Below are positions 40,562-54,047 of a stretch of DNA of 64,000 bases, one piece after another. The notes under the pieces were generated by a model, which saw only the letters and a program-made list of their open reading frames with translations, did not search any database and had not been told where the DNA came from. Each line of letters opens with the position of its first letter. Within the stretch, counting starts at the first letter, position 1. Source of the DNA: an uncultured Solirubrobacteraceae bacterium (GTDB lineage Bacteria > Actinomycetota > Thermoleophilia > Solirubrobacterales > Solirubrobacteraceae); assembly GCA_963841055.1 (NCBI GenBank), contig CAWJAV010000002.1, positions 45,045-109,044 on the forward strand. Reading direction: 5' to 3'. The position numbers and the translations under genes were made by a program.

Positions 40562-41707
40562 GTGGCCGCACAGCGCCGGACCAGCCCGGTCGAGCTGTTC
40601 TGGGACCTGGTGTTCGTGTTCGCCGTCACACAGGTCACGACGCTGCTGCGCCACGACCTCACCTGGGCCGGCCTCGGCCGGGGCCTGCTGATCCTCGCGC
40701 TGATCTGGTGGGCCTGGTCGGGATACGTCTGGGTGACCAACGCGCAGGACCCGGACGACCCCGCGATGCGGGCGGTGCTGCTGCTCGCCGCCGGTCTGAT
40801 CTTCATCGCCGGGCTCGCCGTCCCGGAGGCCTTTGGCTCCGGGGGAACGCTGTTCGCGGTCACGTACGTGTGCGTGCGTCTCGCCCACCTCGGCCTGTAT
40901 GCGGACGCCTCACGGCGGGGAAACGCGTCGTGGTCCGCGATCGCGGGGTTCGGCGTCACCGTGGTGATCGGCATGGCGCTGCTGATCGCCGGCTCGCTCG
41001 TCGAAGACGGCTGGCGGGTCGGGCTGTGGACGGCCGCCGCCGCGATCGACTACGCCGGCCCGGCCTGGCTGACGCGCGAGCGTCTGAGCGGGCTGCAGCG
41101 GGTCGCCGTCGAGCACTTCGCCGAGCGCTACGGCCTGTTCATCATCATCTGCCTCGGCGAGTCGATCATCGCGATCGGCTTCGGCGCTCAAGGGAGGGGG
41201 CTGGGCGCGGAGCTGATCGCCGCCGCCTCGCTGACGCTGCTGATCACGGCCGAGCTCTGGTGGACCTACTTCACTCGCTTCGCCGCCATCGCCCAGGAGA
41301 GCCTGCTCACCTCCCGCGATCCCGTGCTGGCGGCGGCCGACGGCTACAGCTACCTGCACCTGCTGCTGGTGGCCGGCGTGATCATCTTCGCCGTCGGCGC
41401 GCGCGAAGAGGTGGCACACGCGGCGCCGCTGGGCGACCCGGCGCGGCTGGCCCTGTGCGGCGGCGTCGCCCTCTACCTGCTCGGCGGCGTCGCGTTCAGG
41501 TTGCGGATGGTCGGAACCGTGGGCTGGCTGAAGATCGCCGTCGCCCTGGGCTGCCTGCTCGTCTACGCCGCCACCTCCTCCGCGGCCGCCTGGGTGCCGG
41601 CCGCCTCGCTGGCCGCCCTGCTCGGCGCGCTGGTTCTCTCGGAGCAGATCCGCGAGCCCTCGCCGGCGGCCGCGGAGCGGGCCCGAACCGACGCCTCACA
41701 GGCCTAG
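40562..41707 (+). CDS. Low temperature requirement protein A family membrane protein
   Basis: ELFWDLVFVFAVTQ, WWAW, HFAERYGLFIIICLGESI, LWWTYF, YLHL. Confidence 0.9.
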   Translation: MAAQRRTSPVELFWDLVFVFAVTQVTTLLRHDLTWAGLGRGLLILALIWWAWSGYVWVTNAQDPDDPAMRAVLLLAAGLIFIAGLAVPEAFGSGGTLFAVTYVCVRLAHLGLYADASRRGNASWSAIAGFGVTVVIGMALLIAGSLVEDGWRVGLWTAAAAIDYAGPAWLTRERLSGLQRVAVEHFAERYGLFIIICLGESIIAIGFGAQGRGLGAELIAAASLTLLITAELWWTYFTRFAAIAQESLLTSRDPVLAAADGYSYLHLLLVAGVIIFAVGAREEVAHAAPLGDPARLALCGGVALYLLGGVAFRLRMVGTVGWLKIAVALGCLLVYAATSSAAAWVPAASLAALLGALVLSEQIREPSPAAAERARTDASQA

Positions 41708-41811
41708 GAATCCGGCATTTGGCCCCGAAAGCCGCTGGTAGACTTGTCTGCCCAAGCGGGGACGCTCCCCGCAGTTTGTCGTTCTGGACCAGGTGAAAGG
41801 AGGTCGGTGAG

Positions 41812-43488
41812 ATGCGCGCAGTCGATGCGTTGATGGAATGTCTGAAGGCGGAGGGCGTGGACGTCGTCTTCGGCCTCCCCGGTGGTGCGAACCTGCCGAC
41901 CTACGACGCCCTCGTGAACGGCGGCATCCGCCACATCCTCGTCCGCCACGAGGCCGGCGGCGGCCATGCCGCCGAGGGTTACGCCAAGGCCACGGGCAAG
42001 GTCGGCGTCGCCTTCGCGACCAGCGGCCCCGGCGCGACGAACCTGATCACGCCGATCACCGACGCGATGATGGACTCGGTCCCCTGCGTGTTCGTGACCG
42101 GTCAGGTGCGGACGGAGCTGCTCGGCACCGACGGCTTCCAGGAGGCGGACACGATCGGCATCACGATGCCGATCGTCAAGCACTCGGTGATGATCCAGAG
42201 CCCCCAGGAACTGCCGCGGGCGATCCACGAGGCCTTCCACATCGCCCGCACCGGCCGTCCCGGACCCGTGCTCGTGGACATCCCGATGGACCTGTCCCGC
42301 GCCGAGATCGACTACGAGCCCGTCTCCGATGTGCGCCTGCCCGGCTACCAGCCCCGTGTCGAGGGCAACCAGAAGCAGATCCGCCAGGCCGCCAAGGCGC
42401 TCGCCGCCGCGCAGCGACCCGTGATCTATGCGGGCGGCGGCGTCATCAACGCGGAAGGCTCCGAGGAGCTGATCGAGTTCGTCCGCTGCGATCGCTTCCC
42501 GATCACCTGCACGCTGATGGGTCTCGGCGCCTACCCGGCGCCCGACCCGCAGTGGCTCGGCATGCTCGGCATGCACGGCACCCGGGCGGCGAACTACGCG
42601 ATGGATGAGGCCGACCTGATCTGCGCCGTCGGCGCGCGCTTCGACGACCGCATCACGGGCAAGCTCTCCGAGTTCGCCCCGCGGGCCAAGTTCATCCACA
42701 TCGATGTCGACCCGGCCGAGATCTCAAAGAACGTGCCCGCCCACATCCCGATCGTGGGCGACGCCAAGCACGTGCTGGCGAAGCTCGTCGTCGAGTACCG
42801 CGCGATCGGCGCCGACCCCGGTCGCCTCGAGGCGTGGTGGAGCCGCATCGAAGGCTGGAAAGCGAAGTACCCGCTGGCCTACGAGGACTCGACCGACAGC
42901 GAGATCAAGCCGCAGTTCCTGATCCGCGCGCTGTGGGAGGCCACCCAGGGCCAGGCGATCCTCACCAGCGACGTCGGACAGCATCAGATGTGGGCCGCCC
43001 AGCACTACGACTTCCCGGCGCCGAGGCGCTGGGTCAACTCGGGCGGCCTCGGCACGATGGGCTTCGGGCTGCCCGCGGCGATGGGCGCGGCCGTCGGCTG
43101 CCCCGATCAGCTCGTCTGCTGCATCGCCGGGGACGGCTCGGTGCAGATGAACGCCCAGGAGCTCGCCACCTGCGCGCAGAACGGCATCCCGATCAAGGTG
43201 TTCATCATGAACAACGGCTACCTGGGCATGGTCCGGCAGTGGCAGGAGCTGTTCTGGGACGGCAAATACAGCCAGGTCGACATGGGCGAGTTCCCCGACT
43301 TCGTGAAGCTCGCCGAGGCCTACGGCGTCACGGGGCTGCGCTTCTCCGACAAGACGACGCTCGTCGAGGACATCAAGCGGGCGATCGCGATCGACGGGCC
43401 GGTGCTGGTCGACGTCCGCGTCACCCGCGAGGAGAACACCTATCCGATGATCCCGGCCGGGCACGCAGCCCGCGAGATGGTGGGGTGA
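41812..43488 (+). CDS. ilvB: Acetolactate synthase large subunit
   Basis: FGLPGGA, RHE, TSGPGATN, FQEAD, DVGQHQMWAAQ, SGGLGTMG, GDGS..MN; RBS AAAGGAGG. Confidence 0.96.
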   Translation: MRAVDALMECLKAEGVDVVFGLPGGANLPTYDALVNGGIRHILVRHEAGGGHAAEGYAKATGKVGVAFATSGPGATNLITPITDAMMDSVPCVFVTGQVRTELLGTDGFQEADTIGITMPIVKHSVMIQSPQELPRAIHEAFHIARTGRPGPVLVDIPMDLSRAEIDYEPVSDVRLPGYQPRVEGNQKQIRQAAKALAAAQRPVIYAGGGVINAEGSEELIEFVRCDRFPITCTLMGLGAYPAPDPQWLGMLGMHGTRAANYAMDEADLICAVGARFDDRITGKLSEFAPRAKFIHIDVDPAEISKNVPAHIPIVGDAKHVLAKLVVEYRAIGADPGRLEAWWSRIEGWKAKYPLAYEDSTDSEIKPQFLIRALWEATQGQAILTSDVGQHQMWAAQHYDFPAPRRWVNSGGLGTMGFGLPAAMGAAVGCPDQLVCCIAGDGSVQMNAQELATCAQNGIPIKVFIMNNGYLGMVRQWQELFWDGKYSQVDMGEFPDFVKLAEAYGVTGLRFSDKTTLVEDIKRAIAIDGPVLVDVRVTREENTYPMIPAGHAAREMVG

Positions 43489-43496
43489 GCCCGGTG

Positions 43497-44054
43497 ATGG
43501 GAGAACCCGGTACCAAGGAGCCCCTCAGCCTCGAGGAGCTCGAGGCCGCCACGAACCTGCGCACGGGACGCAAGCACGTGCTCTCGATCCTGGTCGAAAA
43601 CAAGTCGGGTGTGCTGACGCGCATCGCCGGGCTGTTCGCGCGACGGGGGTTCAACATCGACACCCTCACGGTCGGCCCGACCGAGGACGAGGAGATCTCG
43701 CGCGTCACGCTGACCGTCGACGGCGCGCTGCACCCGATCGATCAGGTCACCAAGCAGCTGCACAAGCTCGTCAACGTGCTCAAGATCAGGGACCTCGAGC
43801 CGGGCGACACGGTCGCGCGCGAGCTGGCCCTGTTCAAGGTCACGGCCGACGGCACCCAGCGCGGCGAGCTGATGCAGATCGCCGAGATCTTCCGCGGCAA
43901 GGTCGTCGACGTGACCAAGCGGGCGATCATCATCGAGGTGACGGGCACGACGGACAAGATCGAGGCCTTCGAGACGATGGTCCGGCCGTTCGGGCTGATC
44001 GAGATGATGAGGACCGGCGAGATCGCGATCTCGCGCGGGCGGACCGAGACCTGA
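43497..44054 (+). CDS. ilvN: Acetolactate synthase small subunit
   Basis: LSILVENKSGVLTRIAGLFARRGFNIDTLTVG, KQLHKLVNV, RELAL.KV. Confidence 0.95.
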   Translation: MGEPGTKEPLSLEELEAATNLRTGRKHVLSILVENKSGVLTRIAGLFARRGFNIDTLTVGPTEDEEISRVTLTVDGALHPIDQVTKQLHKLVNVLKIRDLEPGDTVARELALFKVTADGTQRGELMQIAEIFRGKVVDVTKRAIIIEVTGTTDKIEAFETMVRPFGLIEMMRTGEIAISRGRTET

Positions 44055-44058
44055 TCGC

Positions 44059-45510
44059 TTGAGAACGGCCGCCGCCGCAGACTCTCCCTTCGCGTTGCAG
44101 GACGCGGAGCGTGAGCGTCTCGCGGGCCGGCTCGCCGCGGCGCTCACCGCCGCCCGCTCGAGCGGCCGTGGGCAGCTCGCGGCGATCACCGTCGAGCTGC
44201 CCGGGGATGTCGACCCGGCGGCCGTCGCCTGCGCCTCACGGCGCCACGGCGAGGCCTGGTTCGCCTTCGAGCAACCCGACCGCGGCTCACGGGCGCTGGC
44301 CGCGCTGGGCGAGGCGGTGGAGCTGCGCGCGAACGGGCCGTCACGGTTCACCGCGCTCGCCTCACGCTGGCGCGAGCTCGCCTCCGCCGCCTTCGCCGAC
44401 CCGTTCGACGGTACCCACGCGGCCGGCCCGGTAGCCGTAGGAGGCCTCAGCTTCGCGCCCGACGGCGGCCGCGCCCCCCACTGGCGGGACTTCGGCGCCG
44501 CGAGCCTGATCGTGCCGGAGCTGAGCCTCGCCCGCAGCGAGCGGCGCGGCCAGCCGGCCGTGTCGATGACGCTCAGCGCGCTCGTCCAGCCCGACGACGA
44601 CCCTGCGCAGCGCCTGGAGGGCCTGCTGGCGCGTTTGGCGGGGGTCCGCGCGGAGGCGCTGCCGCTGCTCGACCCGGCGCCCACGGGCCGCTTCGAGGTG
44701 ATCAGCGCGATGCCCCCTGAGCACTACGAGCAGGCTGTCGCCCGCGCCGTCGAGCTGATCCGCGGGGGGCGCATGCGCAAGATCGTGCTGGCCCGGGAGG
44801 TGCAGGTGCACGCGCCCCGCCCCTATGACCCGGGCGCGATCTTCGGTGTGCTGCGGCGGGAGTTCCCGTCCTGCTTCGTGTTCTGCGCCGGGCGCGGCGA
44901 GTCGACGCTGATCGCGGCCAGCCCGGAGCTGCTGCTGCGCCGGGAGGGTCAGCGGGTGTCGACGCTCGCGCTGGCCGCATCCTCGCGGCGCAGTGCCGAC
45001 CCGGCGGTCGACGCGCACCTCGGCGAGCAGCTGCTGCAGGACCCGAGCTACCGGGAAGAGCATGCGATCGTCGCGCGCCGGATCGAACGGATGCTGCGGC
45101 CCCATTCGGTCTGGGTGACCGCCGCGCCGGAGCCGGAGCTCGCGCGGATCGCCAACATCCAGCACCTCGCCACGCCGATCCGCGCCCAGCTCGCGGCGCC
45201 GATCGAGGCCTTGGAGCTGGCCGGTCTGATGCACCCGACCCCCGCTGTCGGCGGTGAGCCGCTGTCCGCCGCCGCTCCCCTGATCCCGGCCCTCGAGGGG
45301 CTCGACCGGGGCTGGTATCTCGGACCCGTCGGATGGACGGACGCGGCCGGCGACGGCGAGTACTGCGTTGCGCTGCGCTGTGCGCTGCTGAGCGGGAAGG
45401 TGGCCCGCTGCTATGCGGGCGGCGGGATCGTGCGCGACTCGGTGCCCGAGCGCGAGCTGGCCGAGACCGAGGTCAAGCTGGCGGCGCTGCTCCCGCTGCT
45501 CGCCGGCTGA
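44059..45510 (+). CDS. menF: Isochorismate synthase
   Basis: KIVLAR, ASPELL, ALAAS, EH.IV, QHL.T, HPTPAVGG, RGWY.GPVG, ALRC, AGGGIV..S..E..ET..K; men cluster context. Confidence 0.88.
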   Translation: MRTAAAADSPFALQDAERERLAGRLAAALTAARSSGRGQLAAITVELPGDVDPAAVACASRRHGEAWFAFEQPDRGSRALAALGEAVELRANGPSRFTALASRWRELASAAFADPFDGTHAAGPVAVGGLSFAPDGGRAPHWRDFGAASLIVPELSLARSERRGQPAVSMTLSALVQPDDDPAQRLEGLLARLAGVRAEALPLLDPAPTGRFEVISAMPPEHYEQAVARAVELIRGGRMRKIVLAREVQVHAPRPYDPGAIFGVLRREFPSCFVFCAGRGESTLIAASPELLLRREGQRVSTLALAASSRRSADPAVDAHLGEQLLQDPSYREEHAIVARRIERMLRPHSVWVTAAPEPELARIANIQHLATPIRAQLAAPIEALELAGLMHPTPAVGGEPLSAAAPLIPALEGLDRGWYLGPVGWTDAAGDGEYCVALRCALLSGKVARCYAGGGIVRDSVPERELAETEVKLAALLPLLAG

Positions 45511-47261
45511 AGGCCGCGCCCACCGCCTCGGAGACCCCGGCGTGAAGCCGCACGTTGGCCTCGCGCGCGCTCGGCACGTGCACGATCGAGGAGCCGGGGG
45601 CGGCGAGCGCGCGCTCGAGTGCCGCGCGGAAGCCGGGCAGATCGTCAACCCGCTCGTGGCGGAGCCCGTAGAGGGCGGCCGCGCGGGCGAAATCGAGCCC
45701 GGTAGGGGTCGCGATGTGGCGCGTGTACAGGTCCTCTCCGGCATCGGCACCCGGCTCTGCACGGCGCGCCATCGCCGAGCGGGACACGGCCAGGAAGTCG
45801 AAGATGCCGCCACCGCCGTTGTCGAGCAGGACGATCGTCAGCTCGAGGCCCAGGCGAGGTGCCGCCAGGAGTCCGCCGAGGTCGTGGGCGAGGGCCACGT
45901 CGCCGGTCAGCAGCAGGACCGGTCCCTCGCTCGCCGCGGCCGCGCCGAAGGCGCTCGAGACGATCCCGTCGATGCCGTTGGCGCCGCGGTTGCAGAGCAC
46001 CCGGGGCGGGTCCGGGCGGGCCGGCCAGAAGGTCTCGATGTCGCGCACCGGCATCGAGGAGGCGACGAACAGGGTCGCGGCGGCCGGCAGCAGCGCGCCC
46101 AGCTCGGCGGCTACGCCCGGCTCGCTCAGCCCGGCCGGCCCGATCACGCCGCCGATCGCCTCCGCCGCGAGCTCATCCGCCGCCCGCCACTGCTCGAGCC
46201 AGTCCGGGTCATCGGCCTCGACCACCTCCGCGAGCTGCTCGCAGGCCCGCGCGGGGTCGATCGCGAGGCTCGCCGAGAGCGTGCTCGCGGGATCCTGCCA
46301 GGCGCCCTCGGGGTCCAGTGCGACCTGCCGGGTCCCGTCCAGCGAGGCCAGCCATTCGCGCAGGGCCCTGGACACGGGCAGGTCGCCCACGCGCAGGACG
46401 AAGTCGGGCGGGCTCGCGGCCAGCGCCTGTGGATGGCGCAGGATCGCGTCGTAGTGCGCGATCGCCGCGGCGCCGCGCCGAGCCCCGGACAGGGGATCGG
46501 CCAGCAGCGGCCATCGGGCCGCCTCCGCCAGCGCCGCGGCCGCCGGGCCGAGCGGCGGTTCGCGCTCTCTGCGGCCGGCGACGATCAGGCCGCGACGGGA
46601 GGCCCCCGCGAGCTCGCGCAGCGCACCGATGTCCACGCGCTCTGCCGACACCCCCTGCCGGCGGACGAACGGCCCGCCGTCGGGCCGGCCGCTCTCGTCC
46701 GCGGGCGGCTCCTGCTCGCCCACCAGGGGCTCCCGCAGGGGGAAGTTCAGATGGACCGCCCCCGGGGCTCCTTCCAGCGCGGTCGCGTAGGCGCGGCAGG
46801 CCAGCGTTCGGATCCAGCGCAGCTGCTCTGGACCGGCCGCCGGCGGCAGCTCGACCTCGAAGAACCACTTCGCCGCGCTCCCGTAGAGCTTCAGCTGGTC
46901 GATCGCCTGCCCGGCGCCGTTCTCGCGCAGCTCCGCCGGCCGGTCGGCGGTCAGCAGCAGCAGCGGCACGCGTGCCTCGCGCGCCTCGACCGCCGGGGCC
47001 AGCAGCTGCGCCGCCGCGGTGCCCGACGTGCAGGCAACGGCAACCGGCAGCCCGGATGCCTTCGCCATGCCGAGCGCGAAGAAGCCGGCACAGCGCTCGT
47101 CGATGTGCGAGTAGCAGCTGCAGGCGCGGCTCGCGCGCGAGCGAGAGCACCAGCGGCGCGCTGCGCGAGCCGGGCGAGGTGCAGGCCGCTCGCATCCCGC
47201 AGCGCGCCAGCTCGTCGACGAAGGCTCGGAGCAGCAGGTGGGTGTCGGTGGTGCTCGTCAT
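45473..47261 (-). CDS. menD: SEPHCHC synthase MenD (one apparent frameshift near 47120)
   Basis: SPGSRSAPL in one frame; CTSGTA, TADRP.EL, NRGANGIDG, GD.A..HD, LLDN.GGGIF in another. Confidence 0.92.
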
Positions 47262-47272
47262 AGGATGCGGCG

Positions 47273-48013
47273 GTGGCCGAGACCGTCGTCCTGCTGCACG
47301 GCTTCAGCGGCACCCGGCGAGCTTGGGACGGCGTCACCGCGCGCCTTCGCCCGGAACGCTACCGCCCGCTCGCGCTCGACCTCCCCGGGCACGGCACCCA
47401 GGCCGGCCACCCCTGGCCGATCGGCTTCGAGGACTGCGTGCGGCTGGTGCTCGATCAGAGCCCGGAGCGCTTCGTGCTGTGCGGCTACTCGCTCGGCGGC
47501 CGCGTGGCGCTCCACGTCGCCCTCGCGGCCCCCCGGCGCGTCTCCCGCCTGGTCCTGATCGGCGCCAACCCCGGCATCGAGGAGCCTGCCGCGCGTGCCG
47601 CCCGGCTGGCGAGCGACGAGCGCCTCGCGCGGCGCCTTGAAGCCGAGCCGTTCGAGGACTTCATCGAGAGCTGGCGCACTCAGCCGCTGTTCGCCGCCGA
47701 CCCGCCGGAGGTGGGGCAGCTCGCGCGGGCCGACCAGCGCCGCAACGAGCCGCTCGCGCTGGCCGCGGCGATGAGGGGCCTCAGCACCGGCGCGATGGCT
47801 CCGCTGTGGGATCGCCTCGGGGAGGTGGCGATGCCTGTCGTGCTCGTCGCCGGGGACCGCGACGAGAAGTTCCTGGCGCTCTCCGAACGGGCCGCGGCGA
47901 TGCTGCGCGAGGGCACCCTGACGGTGCTGCCCGGTGGCCATGGGCTGCCGCTCGAGAATCCTGCGGGGGTCGCCCGCGTGCTAGAGGACCTCGACCCCGA
48001 GCCCGGGGGCTGA
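47273..48013 (+). CDS. menH: SHCHC synthase, alpha/beta hydrolase
   Basis: LLHGFSG, DLPGHG, GYSLGGRVAL, R..D..LA, W..QPLF, G.RDEKF, GH...EN; men cluster context. Confidence 0.85.
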   Translation: MAETVVLLHGFSGTRRAWDGVTARLRPERYRPLALDLPGHGTQAGHPWPIGFEDCVRLVLDQSPERFVLCGYSLGGRVALHVALAAPRRVSRLVLIGANPGIEEPAARAARLASDERLARRLEAEPFEDFIESWRTQPLFAADPPEVGQLARADQRRNEPLALAAAMRGLSTGAMAPLWDRLGEVAMPVVLVAGDRDEKFLALSERAAAMLREGTLTVLPGGHGLPLENPAGVARVLEDLDPEPGG

Positions 48014-49023
48014 GGGCAGCGCGATCGCGCCGTCGCGCGGCGCGCAGCGGATCCTCGATCCCCTCGAACAGGCCGAGTGTCGCCAGGCCGCAGTGCGGCA
48101 GGGGCCCCCGCGAGGCGAGCGCGGCCGCGGCCTGCAACGCGGCGGCCACGCCGAGCGGGCCGTCGAGGGTTGAGGCGAGGTAGATCTCGGCGCCCGAGGC
48201 TCGCACGAGCGCGGCGGCGGCGAGCAGCGGACCGATGCCTCCGCAGCGCGACACCTTCAGGCAGACGGCGTCGGCGACGCCCGCCGCGAGCGCGCCGGGC
48301 TCGGCGGCCGTCTCGTCGATCGCCACGCGGACGGCGACGCGCTCTCGTACCCGGCGGATCTCGGCGAGGCCGTGGCAGGGCTCCTCGACCAGCTCCAGCC
48401 CGGCCGGCGCCAGCGAGTCGATCGCCGCCACCGCCTGCTCGACGCTCCCACGCGCCGTTCGCATCGAGGCGCAGCAGCGCGTCCTGGCCGGCCGCGGCTC
48501 GCACCGCGGCGACCCGCCCGGCGTCGTCGCCGAGGCCGACCTTGACCTTCAGGCACCGGAAGCCCGCGGCCACGGCCTGCGCGGCCTGCTCGGCGGCGCC
48601 GGCCCGGTCGACGGCGGTGAGGGTCGCGTTGACGGGCACCCGCTGCGCATGGTCGTCGCTGATCAGTGCCGCGACGGGCTTTCCCGCCCGCCGTCCCGCC
48701 CGGTCCCACAGGGCCATGTCCAGTGCCGCGATCGCCTCCGGCAGATCATCGACGGCCCGGCACGCTTCGATCATCAGCGCGCCGGCCGCGGGCCCGGAGT
48801 CCTCGGCCTCGGCCGCCACCGGAAGGTAGGACTCGAGCGCGCCCCACACGCGCTCCATGTCGGGCCCTCCATAGGCCGGCAGCGGGGCCGCCTCGCCTTG
48901 GCCGGTGACACCGTCCGCGCCGCTCAGCGTGAGGATCGCCAGCTCCCGCTCGGTGACCTCACCGTAGGAGGCTCGCATCGGCTCGGCGAGCGTCAGCGTC
49001 CGGCGCGAGAGCTCGAGCCTCAC
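47981..49023 (-). CDS. menC: o-succinylbenzoate synthase, enolase superfamily (frameshifts near 48450 and 48040)
   Basis: G.GEAAPLP, PVNAT, LKVKVG, LRLDANGAW, VEEP, AIDE, LK..CGG, CGLAT pieced across frames; ends PGLGVEVL. Confidence 0.82.
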
Positions 49024-49919
49024 GGGCTGATGCCGCCGCTGGCGAGGATCCCCGCCGAGTACAGCAGGCAGAACAGCAGCTGCAGCTGGCCCGTGCCCGC
49101 CAGGGCGCCGTTCAGCGACGGCCCGTCGACGCGCGTACGGATCACGCGCGCGAGGCGCACCGCCAGCGGCGCGGCCAGCCAGGGCAGCAGCAGCCACGCG
49201 TTCCATCGAGCCGAGCCACCACGGCAGCGGCGCCGTCACGAAGGCCGCCGTCGAGCATCGCGACGTAGAGGGCACGCGTACGCTCCCGTCCGAGCCGCAC
49301 CGCGAGGGTGCGCTTGCCGGCGCGGCGGTCGGTCTCGAGGTCGCGGACGTTGTTGACCACCAGGATCGCGCTCGCCAGCAGCCCCACCGGGACGGCGCAC
49401 ACGAAGGCCTCCCAGGGCAGCTTCTGGACCTGCACGTAGTAGGAGCCGGTGACGGCCACGATGCCGAAGAACAGGAACACGAACAGCTCGCCCAGTCCCT
49501 CATAGCCGTACGGGCGCGGGCCCGCCCGTGTAGAGCACGCCCGCGAGGATCGACGCGGCGCCGACGGCGAGCAGCGCCCAGCCCGCGACGGCGATCAGGT
49601 AGACGCCGCAGGCCACGGCCAGCCCGAACGTCACGTAGGTGGCGATCAGCACCTGGCTGGGCGGCACCAGCCCGCCCGCCGTCACCCGGACCGGTCCGAG
49701 GCGGTCCTCGGTGTCGGCCCCACGGCGCGCGTCTGAGTAGTCGTTGGAGAGGTTGGTCCCGACCTGGATGAAGATCGCGCCGAGCAGGGCGGCGACGAAC
49801 GCCAGGGGATGGAAGTCGCCGTCGCCGAGAGCCAGCGAGGTGCCCACCAGCACCGGCGCGATCGCCGCCGGCAGCGTGCGCAGTCGCGCGGCCATCACCC
49901 AGATTCGGACCGCTCCCAC
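49020..49919 (-). CDS. menA: DHNA polyprenyltransferase (several frameshifts)
   Basis: [62 protein letters not shown]. Confidence 0.9.
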
Positions 49920-49927
49920 CAGACCGC

Positions 49928-50779
49928 CTAGGCGCGCTTCGGGAACCGCGAGAAGTCAGGCCTGCGCTTCTCCCGGTAGGCGTCGCGACCCTCCTGGGCC
50001 TCCTCGTTGCCGTAGAAGAGCAGGTTGGCGTCGTGGGCGAGCTGCTGGATCCCCGCGAGCCCGTCCTCGGCGGCGTTGAAGCTGGCCTTCAAGCAGGCGC
50101 AGCGCGAAGGGCGACAGGGCGAGCATCTCGCGGCACCACTGCACGGTCTCCTCCTCCAGCCGCTCGAGCGGGACGACCGTGTTGACGAGACCCATCTCGA
50201 GGGCCTCCTGCGGCCGAGTACTGGCGGCAGAGGAACCAGATCTCCTTGGCCTTCTTCGGCCCGACGAGGTTCGCCAGCAGGCCCGCGCCGAAGCCGCCGT
50301 CGAACGACCCCACCTTCGGGCCGACCTGGCCGAAGCGGGCGTTCTCGGCGGCGATCGTGAGGTCGCAGACGAGGTGCAGGACGTGGCCACCGCCGATCGC
50401 GTAGCCCGCCACCATCGCCACCACGGGCTTCGGCAGGCGGCGCATCTGGATGTGCAGGTCGGTCACGTGGAAGCGGCCCACTCCCGCCCGGCCCGCCTCG
50501 TCGTCGTCGAGGTAGCCGGAGTCGCCCCGCACGCGCTGGTCGCCACCAGAGCAGAACGCGTCGGGACCCTCGCCCGTGAGCACGATCACGCCGACCGAGG
50601 TGTCCTCGCGGGCGCGCTCGAGCGCCTCGGAGATCTCGATCACCGTTCGCGGGCGGAAGGCGTTTCGCACCTCGGGGCGGGCGATCGTGATCTTCGCGAT
50701 GCCCGCGTCGGGGCCCGTCGAGAGCTCGTAGCGGATGTCGGTGTAGCTCGCCCGGCCCGGCGAGGAAGCGGGTGCTCAT
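49928..50779 (-). CDS. menB: Naphthoate (DHNA-CoA) synthase (several frameshifts)
   Basis: [60 protein letters not shown]. Confidence 0.93.
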   Translation of the reverse strand: MSTRFLAGPGELHRHPLRALDGPRRGHREDHDRPPRGAKRLPPANGDRDLRGARARPRGHLGRRDRAHGRGSRRVLLWWRPARAGRLRLPRRRRGGPGGSGPLPRDRPAHPDAPPAEARGGDGGGLRDRRWPRPAPRLRPHDRRRERPLRPGRPEGGVVRRRLRRGPAGEPRRAEEGQGDLVPLPPVLGRRRPSRWVSSTRSSRSSGWRRRPCSGAARCSPCRPSRCACLKASFNAAEDGLAGIQQLAHDANLLFYGNEEAQEGRDAYREKRRPDFSRFPKRA

Positions 50780-50786
50780 CGCGCGA

Positions 50787-50796
50787 AGGCTAGCCT
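50787..50796. promoter_or_regulatory. Palindromic bidirectional -10 element (AGGCTAGCCT) between divergent menB and menE
   Basis: Reads TAGCCT on both strands, 6 nt before the menE ATG (50803) and 7 nt before the menB ATG (50779). Confidence 0.65.
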
Positions 50797-50802
50797 GTGG
50801 CC

Positions 50803-52140
50803 ATGCAGATCGAGGCATGGCTGGCCCGGGCCGCCGCGCGGGCGCCAGAGCGAATCGCCCTCGAGACGCCGGCCGGGAGCTGGAGCTACGCCGAGCTCTA
50901 CGACGCGGCGCGGGCCGGCGCCGCGGAGCTCGCGGCCCGCGGCGCGGTTCCCGGCGAGCGTGTCGCGATCGCGCTCGCGCCGGGCCTCGGCTTCGCCCAG
51001 GCGCTCCACGCCTGCCTGCTGCTGGGTGCCGTGGCCGTGCCGGTCGACCTGCGCCTGTCGGCCGCCGAGCAGGAGCGGATCGCCGCGGGCGCGAGCGTGC
51101 TCGTCGATCAGCCGCTGTGGGCGCACGAGGCGAGCGGGACGGCTTCGGCAGCTCCCCGCCACGAGCTCGAGGCGATCGCGATGATCGTCCACACCTCGGG
51201 CACCACCTCGGCGCCGCGGCCGGTGCAGCTCACCTACGGGAACATCCTCTGGAGCGCACTCGGCTCGGGCGCGGCGCTGGGCGTCGACCCCGGAGAGCGC
51301 TGGCTGTGCGCGATGCCGCTCTCGCACGTCGGCGGCCTGTCGATCCTGCTGCGCTCGGCGATCTACGCGACCACGGCCGTGGTCCACGAGCGCTTCGAGA
51401 CCGAGCCGGTCCTGGCGGCGCTGCGCGAGGGTTCTGTCACGCTCGTCAGCCTCGTCGCGACGACGCTCGGACGGCTGCTGGACGCGGGCCTCGAGCGCCC
51501 GCCCGCCCTGCGCTGCGCGCTGACAGGCGGCGGCCCGGTACCCCGGCATCTGGTGGAGGGGCGAATCGGCGGGGCGTGGGAGTGTCGCTCACCTACGGCC
51601 TCACGGAGGCCTGCTCGCAGGTGACGACGACCCCCGCAGCCGAGGCGAGGGCGGGCACAGCGACGGCCGGGCCGCCGCTGTTCTGCACCCGGGTGCGGGT
51701 CGCCGCGGACGGCGAGATCCTCCTCGCCGGGCCGACCGTCGCGCCCTCGGCGGCGCTGGTGATGAGCGATGGGGTGGGCTGGCTCGCGACGGGCGACCTC
51801 GGCGAGCTCGACGAGCGGGGGCGTCTGCAGGTGCTGGGACGCAAGGCGGACACGATCGTCAGCGGCGGCGAGAACGTCGCGCCCGCCGAGGTCGAGGCGG
51901 TGATCGAAGCGCATCCGGACGTCCTCGAGGCGGCGGTCGTGGGACGCGCGGACGAGCAGTGGGGAGAGGCGGTGACGGCGTGGATCGTGAGCGCGGCCAG
52001 GAGCCGAGCTCGACGAGGCCGGGCTGCTCGAGCACTGCCGCCGCACGCTCGCCCCCTACAAGGTTCCCAAGCGGCTGGTCGGCGACCGAGCGGCCGCTGC
52101 CGCGGACGGCCTCGGGCAAGCTGCTGCGCCGGGAGCTGGC

Positions 52141-52144
<4 letters not shown>
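50803..52144 (+). CDS. menE: o-succinylbenzoate-CoA ligase (several frameshifts)
   Basis: [52 protein letters not shown]. Confidence 0.88.
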
Positions 52145-54030
<1,886 letters not shown>

Positions 54031-54047
54031 CGCGCGGCGGAGCGCAG

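Noticed and set aside
41708-41811. ilvB attenuator leader peptide
   Set aside because: A TAGACT -10, a short hairpin and a strong SD are present, but there is no short Ile/Leu/Val-rich ORF.
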